Below, piece after piece: positions 9,601-18,162 of a stretch of DNA of 64,000 bases. The translations under genes and the position numbers were made by a program. This DNA is from an uncultured Prevotellaceae bacterium. Lineage in GTDB: Bacteria > Bacteroidota > Bacteroidia > Bacteroidales > Bacteroidaceae. Position 1 is the first letter of the stretch; every line of letters begins with the position of its first letter. The stretch spans positions 19,759 through 83,758 of the forward strand of contig CALEPV010000066.1 of assembly GCA_937910905.1 (NCBI GenBank), written 5' to 3'. Below the pieces are notes generated by a model. That model saw only the letters and a program-made list of their open reading frames with translations. It searched no databases and was not told the DNA's origin.

Positions 9601-10210
9601 CGGCGATACCGCCCGTGCACTGGAGGTACTGGAGAAGGCCGAGACCGCCATCCCTGCTGCCACGGTGCCGCACAACATCATGGGCGGCTCGCTGACGCTG
9701 GCATCGTGCTGGATGCGACTAGGCAAGAACGAGCAGGCCAAGGCCATCGCCTTGGCCGTGGGCAGCAATCAGATGGAGTATGCAGCGTGGTACAGACAGT
9801 TGCCGGCCAGCCGCTTCAAGGGCAGCCTGCTGGATATGTACCGTACGTTTGAGCCTCTCATCACATCCGCATCAATACTGTTCCGTAGTGATGATGAGGC
9901 CAACGCCTCTGTCTTCACCGAGCAGGCACAGCACAACATACTGTACACGCTACAGCAGATCACCTCGTATATAAGTGCCGACTTGGCGCTGCCTTACGAG
10001 AAGGCTAGGATGAAGGACAGCGAGCTGCAGCAGCTGTTCAAGATCTATCAGGGCATCATGGAGGACTACAACTGGTACCTCTCAGAGCAGGCATACGAGC
10101 AGTACAGCAACCAGCTCAACGAGAGCTACTATGCCTACATGCGGCTGCTGCACAACGACGAGCTACAGCGCATCATGGGCTCGGACACCGAGCAGGGAGC
10201 CTTATACTAA
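6659..10210 (+). CDS. Large polytopic DUF2723-type membrane protein (predicted glycosyl/mannosyl-transferase-like)
   Basis: 1183 aa. N-terminal FWDCPEFISSAVKLEVGHPPGAPFFML motif typical of DUF2723, many TM segments and a long C-terminal soluble region. Confidence 0.75.
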   Translation: MKHFRLVDNIGGWLAFAIAAFTYCSTVEPTASFWDCPEFISSAVKLEVGHPPGAPFFMLTGNMFAQWVGADKAAYMINIMNALLSAGCIMFLYWTISHLARRILCKDGYVGTLAQLITIEVAAMTGALAYAWSDTFWFSAVEGEVYAYSSLFTALVFWLMLKWEDNADKPHSDRWLILIAYLTGLSIGVHLLNLLCLPAIVLVYYYRRHKDATVKGSLVALIGSFMLVALVLYGLVPGIVKVGGWFELLFVNQLGFSFNTGLIVYIITLVAAVLWAIYESTTATAEERSNPFNLPTISFILAVAMLGIPFYGKGGMSVVIGIIAICLLYWLLQYRKDGQPLVSARVMNTSLLCMLMMMIGYSSYAVIVIRSTANPPMDQNSPEDIFSLGTYLNREQYGSRPLLYGPAYTSTPKREPVTINGQQYSRVKARYKDEWYQAEKQNPTDPDRYASRSSIEDYEWEQNMLFPRMYSSSRNPDHVQAYEEIMNGVSKGRDGLPTQFENLRFFFTYQVNFMYWRYFMWNFAGRQNDIQSQGELEHGNWITGIAPLDNARLGDQSLLPSDLRENKGHNVFYCLPLLLGLLGLFWQVYNRNENGVKQFWVVFFLFFMTGLAIVVYLNQTPLQPRERDYAYAGSFYAFAIWIGLGAAAISDWLSRALKGKETVAALTSCLALLVPVQMVSQTWDDHDRSGRYTCRDFGQNYLNSLPDEGFPVIFTNGDNDTFPLWYNQETEGVRTDARVCNLSYLNTDWYIDQMRRPAYDSPALPIHISRYFYQDGGSLDGAEIVSDMLDRFISTFPGDSAALAREVGDKPHELQNIIDHWLCNTDEARQCIPTDDIVITIDKEAVRRSGMMQAADSIPDEMHISLAGRGYMGKSELMMYAMLAGAKWERPLYVAVTVGEGNYRSFANNTVQEGLAMRITPFNTRQSGRRVDADRMYDNLVHRFKFGGIDNPEIYLDETVLRMVYTHRTLFGICANELIARGDTARALEVLEKAETAIPAATVPHNIMGGSLTLASCWMRLGKNEQAKAIALAVGSNQMEYAAWYRQLPASRFKGSLLDMYRTFEPLITSASILFRSDDEANASVFTEQAQHNILYTLQQITSYISADLALPYEKARMKDSELQQLFKIYQGIMEDYNWYLSEQAYEQYSNQLNESYYAYMRLLHNDELQRIMGSDTEQGALY

Positions 10211-10240
10211 CCTAAGCAACAGCACTGCCACCCTAGCAAT

Positions 10241-10897
10241 ATGTTTATAGAGCAGCCTGTACGTTTCCTGCGCTGGATATATCCTCATGCTACATGGCGT
10301 ATGGACTCATCGTCGAAGGTCGTCTACCTGACCTTCGACGATGGTCCTATTCCAGAGGCAACGCCGTTTGTACTGGACACATTGGCGCGCTACGGCATCC
10401 GTGCCACCTTCTTCATGGTGGGCGACAATGTGCGCAAGCACCCCGATGTGTTCGCTCAGGTGGTACGTGCTGGCCACCGTATAGGCAATCATACATTCAA
10501 CCACATAGGCGGTTTTCGCTGGACCAGCAGCGACTATCTGGCCAACAGCGAGAAGGCTCGCGACATTATTGAGGCTGAGACGCAGCGCATCCTGAGCAGT
10601 GGACAGCCGCACGACGAGCCGTTGCTGTTCCGGCCTCCGCATGGCTGGATGCGCACTGTGCAGTACCGCACGCTGCGCAAGATGGGATACCATATTATAA
10701 TGTGGGACCTCGTGACGCGCGACTATAGTCGCCGGCTTACGGCAGCCGATGTCGTGGCCAACGTCAAGCGCTATGCCCGCAACGGCTCCATCATCACCTT
10801 CCACGACTCTCTGCGCAGTATCGACAAACTGCATACGGCGTTGCCGGAGAGCATAGAGTGGCTGCAGTCGCAGGGCTATTCATTCGGTTTACTCTGA
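10241..10897 (+). CDS. Polysaccharide deacetylase (NodB homology domain)
   Basis: LTFDDGP...RATFFMVG...GNHTFNH motifs. Confidence 0.8.
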   Translation: MFIEQPVRFLRWIYPHATWRMDSSSKVVYLTFDDGPIPEATPFVLDTLARYGIRATFFMVGDNVRKHPDVFAQVVRAGHRIGNHTFNHIGGFRWTSSDYLANSEKARDIIEAETQRILSSGQPHDEPLLFRPPHGWMRTVQYRTLRKMGYHIIMWDLVTRDYSRRLTAADVVANVKRYARNGSIITFHDSLRSIDKLHTALPESIEWLQSQGYSFGLL

Positions 10898-10903
10898 GCG
10901 ATA

Positions 10904-11626
10904 ATGCCTCGTTCCCACGGCATCATACTGCACCGGCTGTCGTACAACGATACCAACGACATTATGACGGTCTACACCCGCGAGCAGGGTGCAGTGTCCT
11001 TCATGGTGAGCAAGCGGCGCGGTCGTGGCAGCAGTGCTGCGGTGGCTGCCATACTGCCGCCGCTGACGCTGGTTGAGGCAGATTGGGAGGAACGCGGCAG
11101 TTCGCTGCAGCGTCCGCGCGAGCTAGCTGTGTGGCATAGCTGGACCACACTGCCATACCATCCCCACAAGGCTGCCATGGGACTGCTGCTTGCGGAGTTC
11201 CTGTACCGCGCCCTGCGGTCGGAGCAGGCTAATGCCGGGCTGTTCGACTATGTGTCGAGCGGACTGCAGTGGCTCGATGAGGCCGACGCCGGCTACGCCA
11301 ACTTCCATGTGGTGTTTCTCACCCACCTGACCCGTTATCTGGGCTTCCAACCCAACATCGACAGCTACAGCGAGGGTGCTTGCTTCGACCTGCGCACGGC
11401 CTGCTATGTGCCTGTGCCGCCGCTGCACCCCGATTGGCTGTCCCCCCTGGAGGCCCAGCAGCTGCCCTTGTTGCTGCGCGTGGATGTGCGCAGCATGAAC
11501 CGCCTGCAATGGAACGGCAAGTGGAGACGACGTGCACTGACCGTTCTGGCACAGTACTATCGCCTCCACTTGGCAGAGTTCCCCGAAGTGCGCAGCATCG
11601 AAGTGCTGGCCGAGGTATTCAGTTGA
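10904..11626 (+). CDS. recO: DNA repair protein RecO
   Basis: 240 aa. RecO-like N-terminal OB region (GIILHRLSYNDTNDIMTVYTREQG). Convergent with ftsZ, 9-bp gap. Confidence 0.8.
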   Translation: MPRSHGIILHRLSYNDTNDIMTVYTREQGAVSFMVSKRRGRGSSAAVAAILPPLTLVEADWEERGSSLQRPRELAVWHSWTTLPYHPHKAAMGLLLAEFLYRALRSEQANAGLFDYVSSGLQWLDEADAGYANFHVVFLTHLTRYLGFQPNIDSYSEGACFDLRTACYVPVPPLHPDWLSPLEAQQLPLLLRVDVRSMNRLQWNGKWRRRALTVLAQYYRLHLAEFPEVRSIEVLAEVFS

Positions 11627-11635
11627 GCATCGTGG

Positions 11636-12967
11636 CTACATCGTCACGGTGAAATCGATGGGTGCATCGTTGGCTGCAGCAGCTTCGTTGCCAGCGTTAG
11701 GATAAGTCGTCTCCGAGCTGTTGGACTTGTCCATGATCTGCTGCAGCTCATCCTTCTTGCGGGTCAGTGTCGGTGTGCTGTCCACCATCGAGATGATGTC
11801 GTCATTGTCCAGGTCGTGGTCGTTGAAGAGGTACACGCGGTAGTTGCGGCGTGTCCTGTTCTGGTCCTGATTCTGGTAGTAGCGTCCGCGGCGCTCTTCA
11901 TCGTCGATGCGTGTAGAGTCGTTGGCCAGCTGCTGCGCCTTCTCCTCGTTGCGGCGTATGCGCTCCTCCATGTCGGGCACATCCTGCAAGCCGAAGCCTG
12001 AGGCGAGCAGTGTGATCTTGATCTTCTTGCCCAGACCCTCTTCTGTGCCCAGTCCCCACTTCACCTCGATGTCCTCGGTGCGGAACTTCGACATGAACTC
12101 GTGCACCTCGTTCATCTCCTCCATCGTCAACTCGTCGTCCTCCTTCTCGGCACTGAATGTGATGTAGAACAGCAGTTTCTTCGAGTTGTAGATGTCGTTG
12201 TTGTTGAGCAGCGGGCTGAGCAGTGCGGAGTTGAAAGCCTGTGTCACGCGGTTCTCGCCTTCGCCGAATCCGGTGGACATGATGGCCACGCCGCCGTCCT
12301 TCAGCACCATGGTCACGTCCTGGAAGTCGAGGTTCATTATACCACGCATGGTGATAATCTCAGCAATGCTCTTTGCGGCCACGCTGAGTGTGTCGTCGGC
12401 CTTTGCAAAGCCGTTGCGCACGGTCAGGTCGGGATATATCTGGCGCAGGCGCTCGTTGTTGATCACCAGCAGTGCATCCACGTGCTTGGATATCTCCTCC
12501 ACGCCGTCGAGTGCCTTGTCGATCTTGCGGTTGCCCTCGAAGAGGAATGGTATGGTGACGATGCCCACGGTAAGTATGCCCATGTCGCGTGCGCACTGTG
12601 CCACCACAGGGGCTGCACCGGTGCCCGTACCACCGCCCATGCCGGCGGTGATGAAGGCCATGCGGGTGCCGTCGTTGAAGAGTTGCTTGATCTGCTCTAT
12701 CGAGTCGAGAGCAGCCTGCCGGCCCTTCACGGGGTCGTTGCCGGCTCCTAGGCCCTCGCCCATCTGCAGCTTGTTGGGCACTGGCGAATCGTCAAGTGCT
12801 TTCTCATCGGTGTTGCACAGTACGTAGGTCACATCGTGTATGCCTTCGTTGTACATGTGCGTTACGGCATTGCCTCCGCCACCTCCGACACCCACCACCT
12901 TGATGATGCTGGGGTTCTGTGTACTCATGTTGAACTGAATACCGTCTTGCTCGCTATAGTTGTCCAT
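11636..12967 (-). CDS. ftsZ: Cell division GTPase FtsZ
   Basis: VVGVGGGGGNAV and GGGTGTGAAP tubulin signature motifs. Confidence 0.97.
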   Translation of the reverse strand: MDNYSEQDGIQFNMSTQNPSIIKVVGVGGGGGNAVTHMYNEGIHDVTYVLCNTDEKALDDSPVPNKLQMGEGLGAGNDPVKGRQAALDSIEQIKQLFNDGTRMAFITAGMGGGTGTGAAPVVAQCARDMGILTVGIVTIPFLFEGNRKIDKALDGVEEISKHVDALLVINNERLRQIYPDLTVRNGFAKADDTLSVAAKSIAEIITMRGIMNLDFQDVTMVLKDGGVAIMSTGFGEGENRVTQAFNSALLSPLLNNNDIYNSKKLLFYITFSAEKEDDELTMEEMNEVHEFMSKFRTEDIEVKWGLGTEEGLGKKIKITLLASGFGLQDVPDMEERIRRNEEKAQQLANDSTRIDDEERRGRYYQNQDQNRTRRNYRVYLFNDHDLDNDDIISMVDSTPTLTRKKDELQQIMDKSNSSETTYPNAGNEAAAANDAPIDFTVTM

Positions 12968-13001
12968 GTTTGTTGAATATTCGTGGATAATATGGGTGAT
13001 A

Positions 13002-14462
13002 CTACTTGTTGGGGTCGGTGACCTCGGTTACCATGTTGCCAAAGCTGCGCCATATACGGTTCAGGAGGCTTGGTTTCTTTGGCTGTGGAGTCTCTGACTC
13101 CTTGGCGGAATCTGTGTCATTGCCGCCCTCTGCCTTGTCTGTGCCATCGTCCTGCCCTGTCTGGTCGTCGCTCTTGGTGCCAACCTTGGGTGCCTCGCCG
13201 CTGTCGGGCTTCACTTTGACCACGCCCTCGGCCTTCTCAGTGTCAGCTGTAGGCACATCGTCGTCTTCGGGCTTGCCGTCCTCGAACAGGTCGGGCTCTA
13301 TGGGTATCTCGCTTGTGCACTCCTGCTCGCCGCGGCGCAGCATGGCCACGAGCGTGGCTACGTTGTTGGTCTGAGTGTCCAGCTTGAGGTTGGTGCTGTA
13401 GCCCAATGTGGTAGGCATCAGTCGTGTGAGCACCTTCTTGTCGAAGCTGGACAGTCGTGTGAACGCGGTCTCAAGCTCGCTCATCTGTGCAGCACCGCCG
13501 GTGAAGACGATGCCAGCCAGCAAGCGGTCGGCGTAGACGCGTATCTGCTGCCACACGTTGGCGAGTATCTCCTGCTGGCGGGCTATGATGATGTCGCGCA
13601 GACGCGACTCCTCGATGTGGCGCTCGCCGGATATGCTGATGTTGCTGGTAGTGGCGTTCTCGCCCTTGTCCTCGATATAGGCTTTGCCGTAGCGGCGCTT
13701 CAGCTGCTCGGCTTCGTCGGCCTCTACATGCAGCAGAGTTGCGATGTCGGCTGTGATGTTGTTGCCTCCCAGCGGCAGTACCACCAGGTGGCGCAGTATG
13801 TTCTTCTCGTAGATGGCCACGGTCGTGGTCTCAGCTCCGAAGTCCACCAGTGCGCATCCGGAGCGGCGCTCGGCCTCGGTGAGCAGGTATCCGGCCAGGA
13901 AGAGCGGGGCGATGAAGACGTCGGCCACCTCGACCTTGGCACCAGTCACACAGCGGTTGATGGCCTGGCACAGGGTGCGGCGGGCTATGACGTTCTTGTA
14001 CTGGCCCTCGATGCGGTCGGCCTGTCGGCCTACGGGCTCGGCCGTTGAGCGGCCGTCCACGATGTACTCCTGTGGCAGTACCTCCAGTATCTCGGATTCG
14101 GGGTAGAGCTGGTTGGCGTTCTCGTCCTTCAGGCTGTCGATGATTTCATCGCTGATGCTGACCTTGACGTCGAATTGCTTCGACACCTTGTTGGGCACGG
14201 TGCGAAGCGACTGCCCGCTCACTCCGACATAGGCTTTCTTGACGTACACCTTGTGGCGCTCCTCCAGACGCTTCACGATGGAGGATATTGCCTGTGTGGT
14301 CTTGTCGTAGTTGTGTACCACTCCCTTAGTGATCCAGTCAGTGACTGGCTCTTTCTCGAAGCCCAGCACGTGCAGGCTTCCGTCAGCTTTGCGCTGGCCC
14401 AGCATACCTCTGATGGATGATGAACCGAGTTCAATAGCTACGATGTTCTTTTCTGCTCCCAT
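13002..14462 (-). CDS. ftsA: Cell division protein FtsA
   Basis: Actin-like ATPase fold motifs. Long acidic linker and a C-terminal amphipathic helix (LLNRIWRSFGNMV). Position in dcw cluster. Confidence 0.95.
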   Translation of the reverse strand: MGAEKNIVAIELGSSSIRGMLGQRKADGSLHVLGFEKEPVTDWITKGVVHNYDKTTQAISSIVKRLEERHKVYVKKAYVGVSGQSLRTVPNKVSKQFDVKVSISDEIIDSLKDENANQLYPESEILEVLPQEYIVDGRSTAEPVGRQADRIEGQYKNVIARRTLCQAINRCVTGAKVEVADVFIAPLFLAGYLLTEAERRSGCALVDFGAETTTVAIYEKNILRHLVVLPLGGNNITADIATLLHVEADEAEQLKRRYGKAYIEDKGENATTSNISISGERHIEESRLRDIIIARQQEILANVWQQIRVYADRLLAGIVFTGGAAQMSELETAFTRLSSFDKKVLTRLMPTTLGYSTNLKLDTQTNNVATLVAMLRRGEQECTSEIPIEPDLFEDGKPEDDDVPTADTEKAEGVVKVKPDSGEAPKVGTKSDDQTGQDDGTDKAEGGNDTDSAKESETPQPKKPSLLNRIWRSFGNMVTEVTDPNK

Positions 14463-14487
14463 GGTTGTGTATATTATGTGATGTTGT

Positions 14488-15234
14488 CTAATCTCTTCTT
14501 GTGCATACTATCTGGCCATCGTACTTCAGGCTGATGCGGCTGTACTTGTCCCACCCGGTGCGGCTCACGGCCTCGCGGTAGAATATCTGCATCCGCGCCA
14601 GCTTGTTGTCGAGGTGCGATGTGTCGCCCAGCTCGATGATGTGTCCTCCGACGCGCGGCGTGAGCTCAATGTCACCTCGGTGGTTGATGTGCATCTCCTG
14701 CACCTGCGCTGTCCAGAAGCTGTCGGCTGCCAGGCGCAGGGCCACGGGCACGTAGAGCGGACCGGCTGCAATGCTGTCCACATGGCCTGTGAGCACCAGC
14801 AGGTTGGACGTGTGGTAGCCGCGCGGCATACGGTCGCCGTGGTTGTCGAGGTAGTAGTCACGGCCCTGAGCGTCGAGCACGTGCAGCACGGGTGTGCGCG
14901 GGGTCAGCGTGAGCACCATATCGCCCTCGGCCGTGTAGTGCACGTGCGCCTCGTCGATGTACGGGTTGCTGCGCAGCACACGTTCCATGCGCGTGATGCT
15001 GATACTGTCTATGGACTGTCCCTCTGGGAATTCTTCCTCGCTGATGAGCATGGCACGCACCTCGTTCTCGGTGACGAAGCCTGTGTGCATGGGGTCGTCG
15101 ATACATACCACCAGATGGCGGCACACCATCGATTCGTCCTTCTGGTTGAGCACCACCAGTGCAAAGATGAAGTATACAGCCATGCCTATGAGGGCTGTCA
15201 CTTTCACTATGGTTGCTATGGTCGATTTCTTCAC
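14488..15234 (-). CDS. ftsQ: Cell division protein FtsQ-like
   Basis: Single N-terminal TM plus POTRA-like region, between murC and ftsA. The start at 15234 is GTG. Confidence 0.75.
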   Translation of the reverse strand: MKKSTIATIVKVTALIGMAVYFIFALVVLNQKDESMVCRHLVVCIDDPMHTGFVTENEVRAMLISEEEFPEGQSIDSISITRMERVLRSNPYIDEAHVHYTAEGDMVLTLTPRTPVLHVLDAQGRDYYLDNHGDRMPRGYHTSNLLVLTGHVDSIAAGPLYVPVALRLAADSFWTAQVQEMHINHRGDIELTPRVGGHIIELGDTSHLDNKLARMQIFYREAVSRTGWDKYSRISLKYDGQIVCTRRD

Positions 15235-15272
15235 TGTGGTATGGTATTGTAGTATGCTTCGGTACTAATACA

Positions 15273-16670
15273 TTATTTAATACGCTGTTCGACCAGCTCG
15301 GCTATCCTGCCAGCATAGTCGTCCAGGTTGCCCGCACCCAGCGTCATCAGCACATCGAAGTCCAGTGTGGGTACCACGCTGAGCACATCGTCTTTGCGGA
15401 TCACTCGCGATGGCACGCCGGGGCGCAGGTTGCTCCGTATCAGCTCGCTGTCCACTCCCTCGATGGGCTGCTCACGGGCGGGATATATCTCTGTCAGCAC
15501 GACCTCGTCGAGCAGCGACAGGGCATCGGCAAACTCGCGGTAGAAGTCGCGTGTGCGGGTGTAGAGGTGCGGCTGGAAGATACCCACTATGCGCTTGCCT
15601 GGATACACCTGGCGCATGCTGGTGATGCTCTGGCGCAGCTCCTCGGGGTGGTGGGCATAGTCGCTCAGATAGGCCACTTGCGGGGTGCGTACGTGGAAAT
15701 CGAAGCGCCGGTCCACACCTCCAAAGCTGGCCATCGCGGTGCGTATCTCGTCGGCCGTAAGGCCTGCTATCTGTGCCAGTGCCATGGCTGCAATGCCGTT
15801 ATCTATGTTGATGCCCACCGGCACACCCAGCTCTACGTCGCTGATGTTTTCTATCGGTGACACCAGGTCGAACACTATGCGGCCATCGCCCATGCGCAGA
15901 TTGCTGGCATGGAAGTCGCCTGCGTCGCGGCTGTAGGTGTAGGTGGTCACACTGTCGGCAGTGTCGGGCCGCAGCTTGAGGCCTGTGTGCACCACCAGAT
16001 AACCGCTCTCCTGGATGAGCGAAGTGTAGTGGCGGAAGCTCTCCAGATAGGCCTCCTCGGTGCCGTAGATGTCCAGATGGTCAGGGTCGGTGGCGGTGAT
16101 GACAGTGGCATAGGGCGTCAGGTGGTGGAACGAGCGGTCGAACTCGTCGGCCTCAATCACCACGTAGTCGCTGGTGGTGGAGAGCAGGTAGTTCGTACCA
16201 TAGTTCTTGGTGATGCCGCCCAGGAAGGCATTGCACCCCACGTGGCTCTGATGTAGCAGGTGGGCTGCCATGCACGATGTGGTGGTCTTGCCGTGTGTGC
16301 CGGCCACGCAGAGGCCGCGGTGTGCGCGTGTCAGAGTGCCCAGCACCTCGGCGCGCTTCATGATGCGGAAGCCGTGCTCGCGGAAGTAGCAGAGCTCGGT
16401 GTGGTCGGCGGGTACGGCGGGCGTGAACACCACCAGTGTCGAGCCGGCATCCTGACAGCTGGTGGGGATGAGCGCCACGTCGTCGGTGTAGTGTATGCTG
16501 GCCCCCTCGGTCTCCAGCTCGCGGGTGAGTGGAGTGGGGGTGCGGTCGTATCCGGCCACAGCCAGCCCCTGCTGCATGTAGTAGCGTGCCAAGGCACTCA
16601 TGCCTATGCCACCGATGCCGATGAAGTATACTGATGTTGGTGTATTCATGACTGGTATTTTATGGTTCAT
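15273..16670 (-). CDS. murC: UDP-N-acetylmuramate--L-alanine ligase
   Basis: FIGIGGIGMSALA and GTHGKTTT motifs. The track start 16679 is a GTG inside the repeat element, so the ATG at 16670 is preferred. Confidence 0.95.
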   Translation of the reverse strand: MNHKIPVMNTPTSVYFIGIGGIGMSALARYYMQQGLAVAGYDRTPTPLTRELETEGASIHYTDDVALIPTSCQDAGSTLVVFTPAVPADHTELCYFREHGFRIMKRAEVLGTLTRAHRGLCVAGTHGKTTTSCMAAHLLHQSHVGCNAFLGGITKNYGTNYLLSTTSDYVVIEADEFDRSFHHLTPYATVITATDPDHLDIYGTEEAYLESFRHYTSLIQESGYLVVHTGLKLRPDTADSVTTYTYSRDAGDFHASNLRMGDGRIVFDLVSPIENISDVELGVPVGINIDNGIAAMALAQIAGLTADEIRTAMASFGGVDRRFDFHVRTPQVAYLSDYAHHPEELRQSITSMRQVYPGKRIVGIFQPHLYTRTRDFYREFADALSLLDEVVLTEIYPAREQPIEGVDSELIRSNLRPGVPSRVIRKDDVLSVVPTLDFDVLMTLGAGNLDDYAGRIAELVEQRIK

Positions 16671-16673
16671 TTT

Positions 16674-16755
16674 TTGCACCGTGCTGCAAGTGTCGCTGCA
16701 CCGCGGTGGAGAGGTTGTTGCACCGTGGTGCAGCTATAGTTGCACCGCGGTCGAA
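16674..16755 (-). repeat. Phased palindrome array, locus A (4 units, 22-bp register)
   Basis: Units at 16674, 16696, 16718 and 16740: TTGCACCGTGCTGCAA, CTGCACCGCGGTGGAG, TTGCACCGTGGTGCAG, TTGCACCGCGGTCGAA, with 6-bp spacers. Unit and spacer order matches the other loci when read on the minus strand. Confidence 0.95.
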
Positions 16756-16758
16756 CAA

Positions 16759-17901
16759 TCAGTGTTCCGCGAGCTTGATTACTTCGCGTGCTATCACCTC
16801 GGCTGCATCGGCCTTGCCCAGGCTGGCTGCGTTGGCTGCGAGCGTCTTCAGCTGTGGTATGTCGACAGCCGTCTTGAGGGCCAGTGGGACGAGCTGCTCG
16901 CGGGCATCGGCATCGCGCACCAGCAGGGCTGCCTCCTTATTGACCAACGCCATGGCGTTGTGCGTCTGGTGGTCTTCGGCCACATTGGGCGAGGGCACCA
17001 GTATGGACGGCTTGCCCAGCAGACAGAGCTCGCTGATGCTGCTGGCACCGGCACGGCTTATCACGAGGTCGGCTGCACGGTAGGCTTCGTCCATGTGGCT
17101 GATGAAGTCGGTCACCTTCAGGTTCGACGGGCACCCTTCGGCCTTGAGCCTCTCGCAGATGTCCTTGAAGTAATAACCGCCGGTCTGCCACAGTATCTGC
17201 ACATTGCTCTGGGCGATGGTCTGCAGCTGGCCCAGCACACTCTCATTGATGGTGCGCGCACCGAGGCTGCCGCCTACGATGAGCACCATCTCGCGCACCG
17301 GGTCGAGCCCCAGTCGCTCTATGGCTTCAGCGCGTGTCAGCTTGCAGTCGAGCAACTGCTGGCGCACGGGGTTGCCCGTGAATAGTATCTTCTCAGCAGG
17401 GAAGAAACGCTCCATGCCCTCGTAGGCCACGCAGATGCGGCGTGCACCCTTGGCCAGCAGCTTGTTGGTCACGCCGGCAAACGAGTTCTGCTCCTGCAGC
17501 AGTGTGGGTATGCCCATAGCGGCGGCCATGTTTAGCGTAGGGCCGCTGGCATAGCCGCCCACGCCTACTGCCACGTCGGGCTTGAACTCGCGTATGATCT
17601 TCTTGGCCATGCGGCGGCTCTTCATCAGCTTCCACAGCACAGACACGTTGCGCCACAGGTGCTGGCGGTCGAAGCCTGCCACAGGCAGACCCTTGATCTC
17701 GTAGCCGGCGGCCGGCACGCGCTGCATCTCCATGCGTCCCTCAGCGCCCACGAAGAGCAACTGTACATCGGGGCGCAGCTGCTGCAGTGCACCGGCTATG
17801 CTCAGTGCAGGGAATATGTGGCCTCCCGTGCCGCCGCCGCTGATGATGACGCGCAGCGGAGCTGCCTCTGAGGTTGTTGTGGATGGTATTGTCTGCTTCA
17901 T
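16759..17901 (-). CDS. murG: UDP-N-acetylglucosamine--N-acetylmuramyl-(pentapeptide) pyrophosphoryl-undecaprenol GlcNAc transferase
   Basis: SGGGTGGHIFPAL motif. dcw position. Confidence 0.95.
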   Translation of the reverse strand: MKQTIPSTTTSEAAPLRVIISGGGTGGHIFPALSIAGALQQLRPDVQLLFVGAEGRMEMQRVPAAGYEIKGLPVAGFDRQHLWRNVSVLWKLMKSRRMAKKIIREFKPDVAVGVGGYASGPTLNMAAAMGIPTLLQEQNSFAGVTNKLLAKGARRICVAYEGMERFFPAEKILFTGNPVRQQLLDCKLTRAEAIERLGLDPVREMVLIVGGSLGARTINESVLGQLQTIAQSNVQILWQTGGYYFKDICERLKAEGCPSNLKVTDFISHMDEAYRAADLVISRAGASSISELCLLGKPSILVPSPNVAEDHQTHNAMALVNKEAALLVRDADAREQLVPLALKTAVDIPQLKTLAANAASLGKADAAEVIAREVIKLAEH

Positions 17902-17912
17902 GGCTGTGTAGT

Positions 17913-18117
17913 ATTAACCCAAATCGGTCATTAGGATTTATGTCAGATTGGTATTTGTTTCGAGCAGATTGGCTGCATCACTGGCGAAGGCGTAGCGGGC
18001 TACGTCAAGACAGGGATGTGGACAAGATGCCGAAAGAAATGCTGATATGGCATGAATAGACTTATAATAGGCGATATTATAACGAATAGTTGGTCTAATG
18101 ACCGATTTGGGATTAAT
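17913..18117. repeat. MITE-like element bounded by 22/23-bp inverted repeats, filling the ftsW-murG spacer
   Basis: Left arm ATTAACCCAAATCGGTCATTAG (17913-17934). The reverse complement of the right arm (18095-18117) is ATTAATCCCAAATCGGTCATTAG, differing by one indel. About 160-bp AT-richer core. Confidence 0.8.
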
Positions 18118-18162
18118 GGTATAGCAATGTGCTTTCTATCGCTAAGGCTCTGCGTCTGCGAT

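Noticed and set aside
16600-17385. ORFs that read through the palindrome arrays (also 39037..39228, 50780..51190, 50539..50778, 60185..60490, 60016..60237), giving LHRGAT..APRCN-like peptides
   Set aside because: The 22-bp unit is not a multiple of 3, so the similar peptides arise in shifting frames on both strands. They overlap or are antisense to real genes, and there is no start context.
17874-18059. 61-aa ORF inside the MITE-like element
   Set aside because: It starts with a non-ATG codon, has no motif and lies within the IR-bounded non-coding core. It is most likely spurious, though a genome-wide copy comparison could revisit this.
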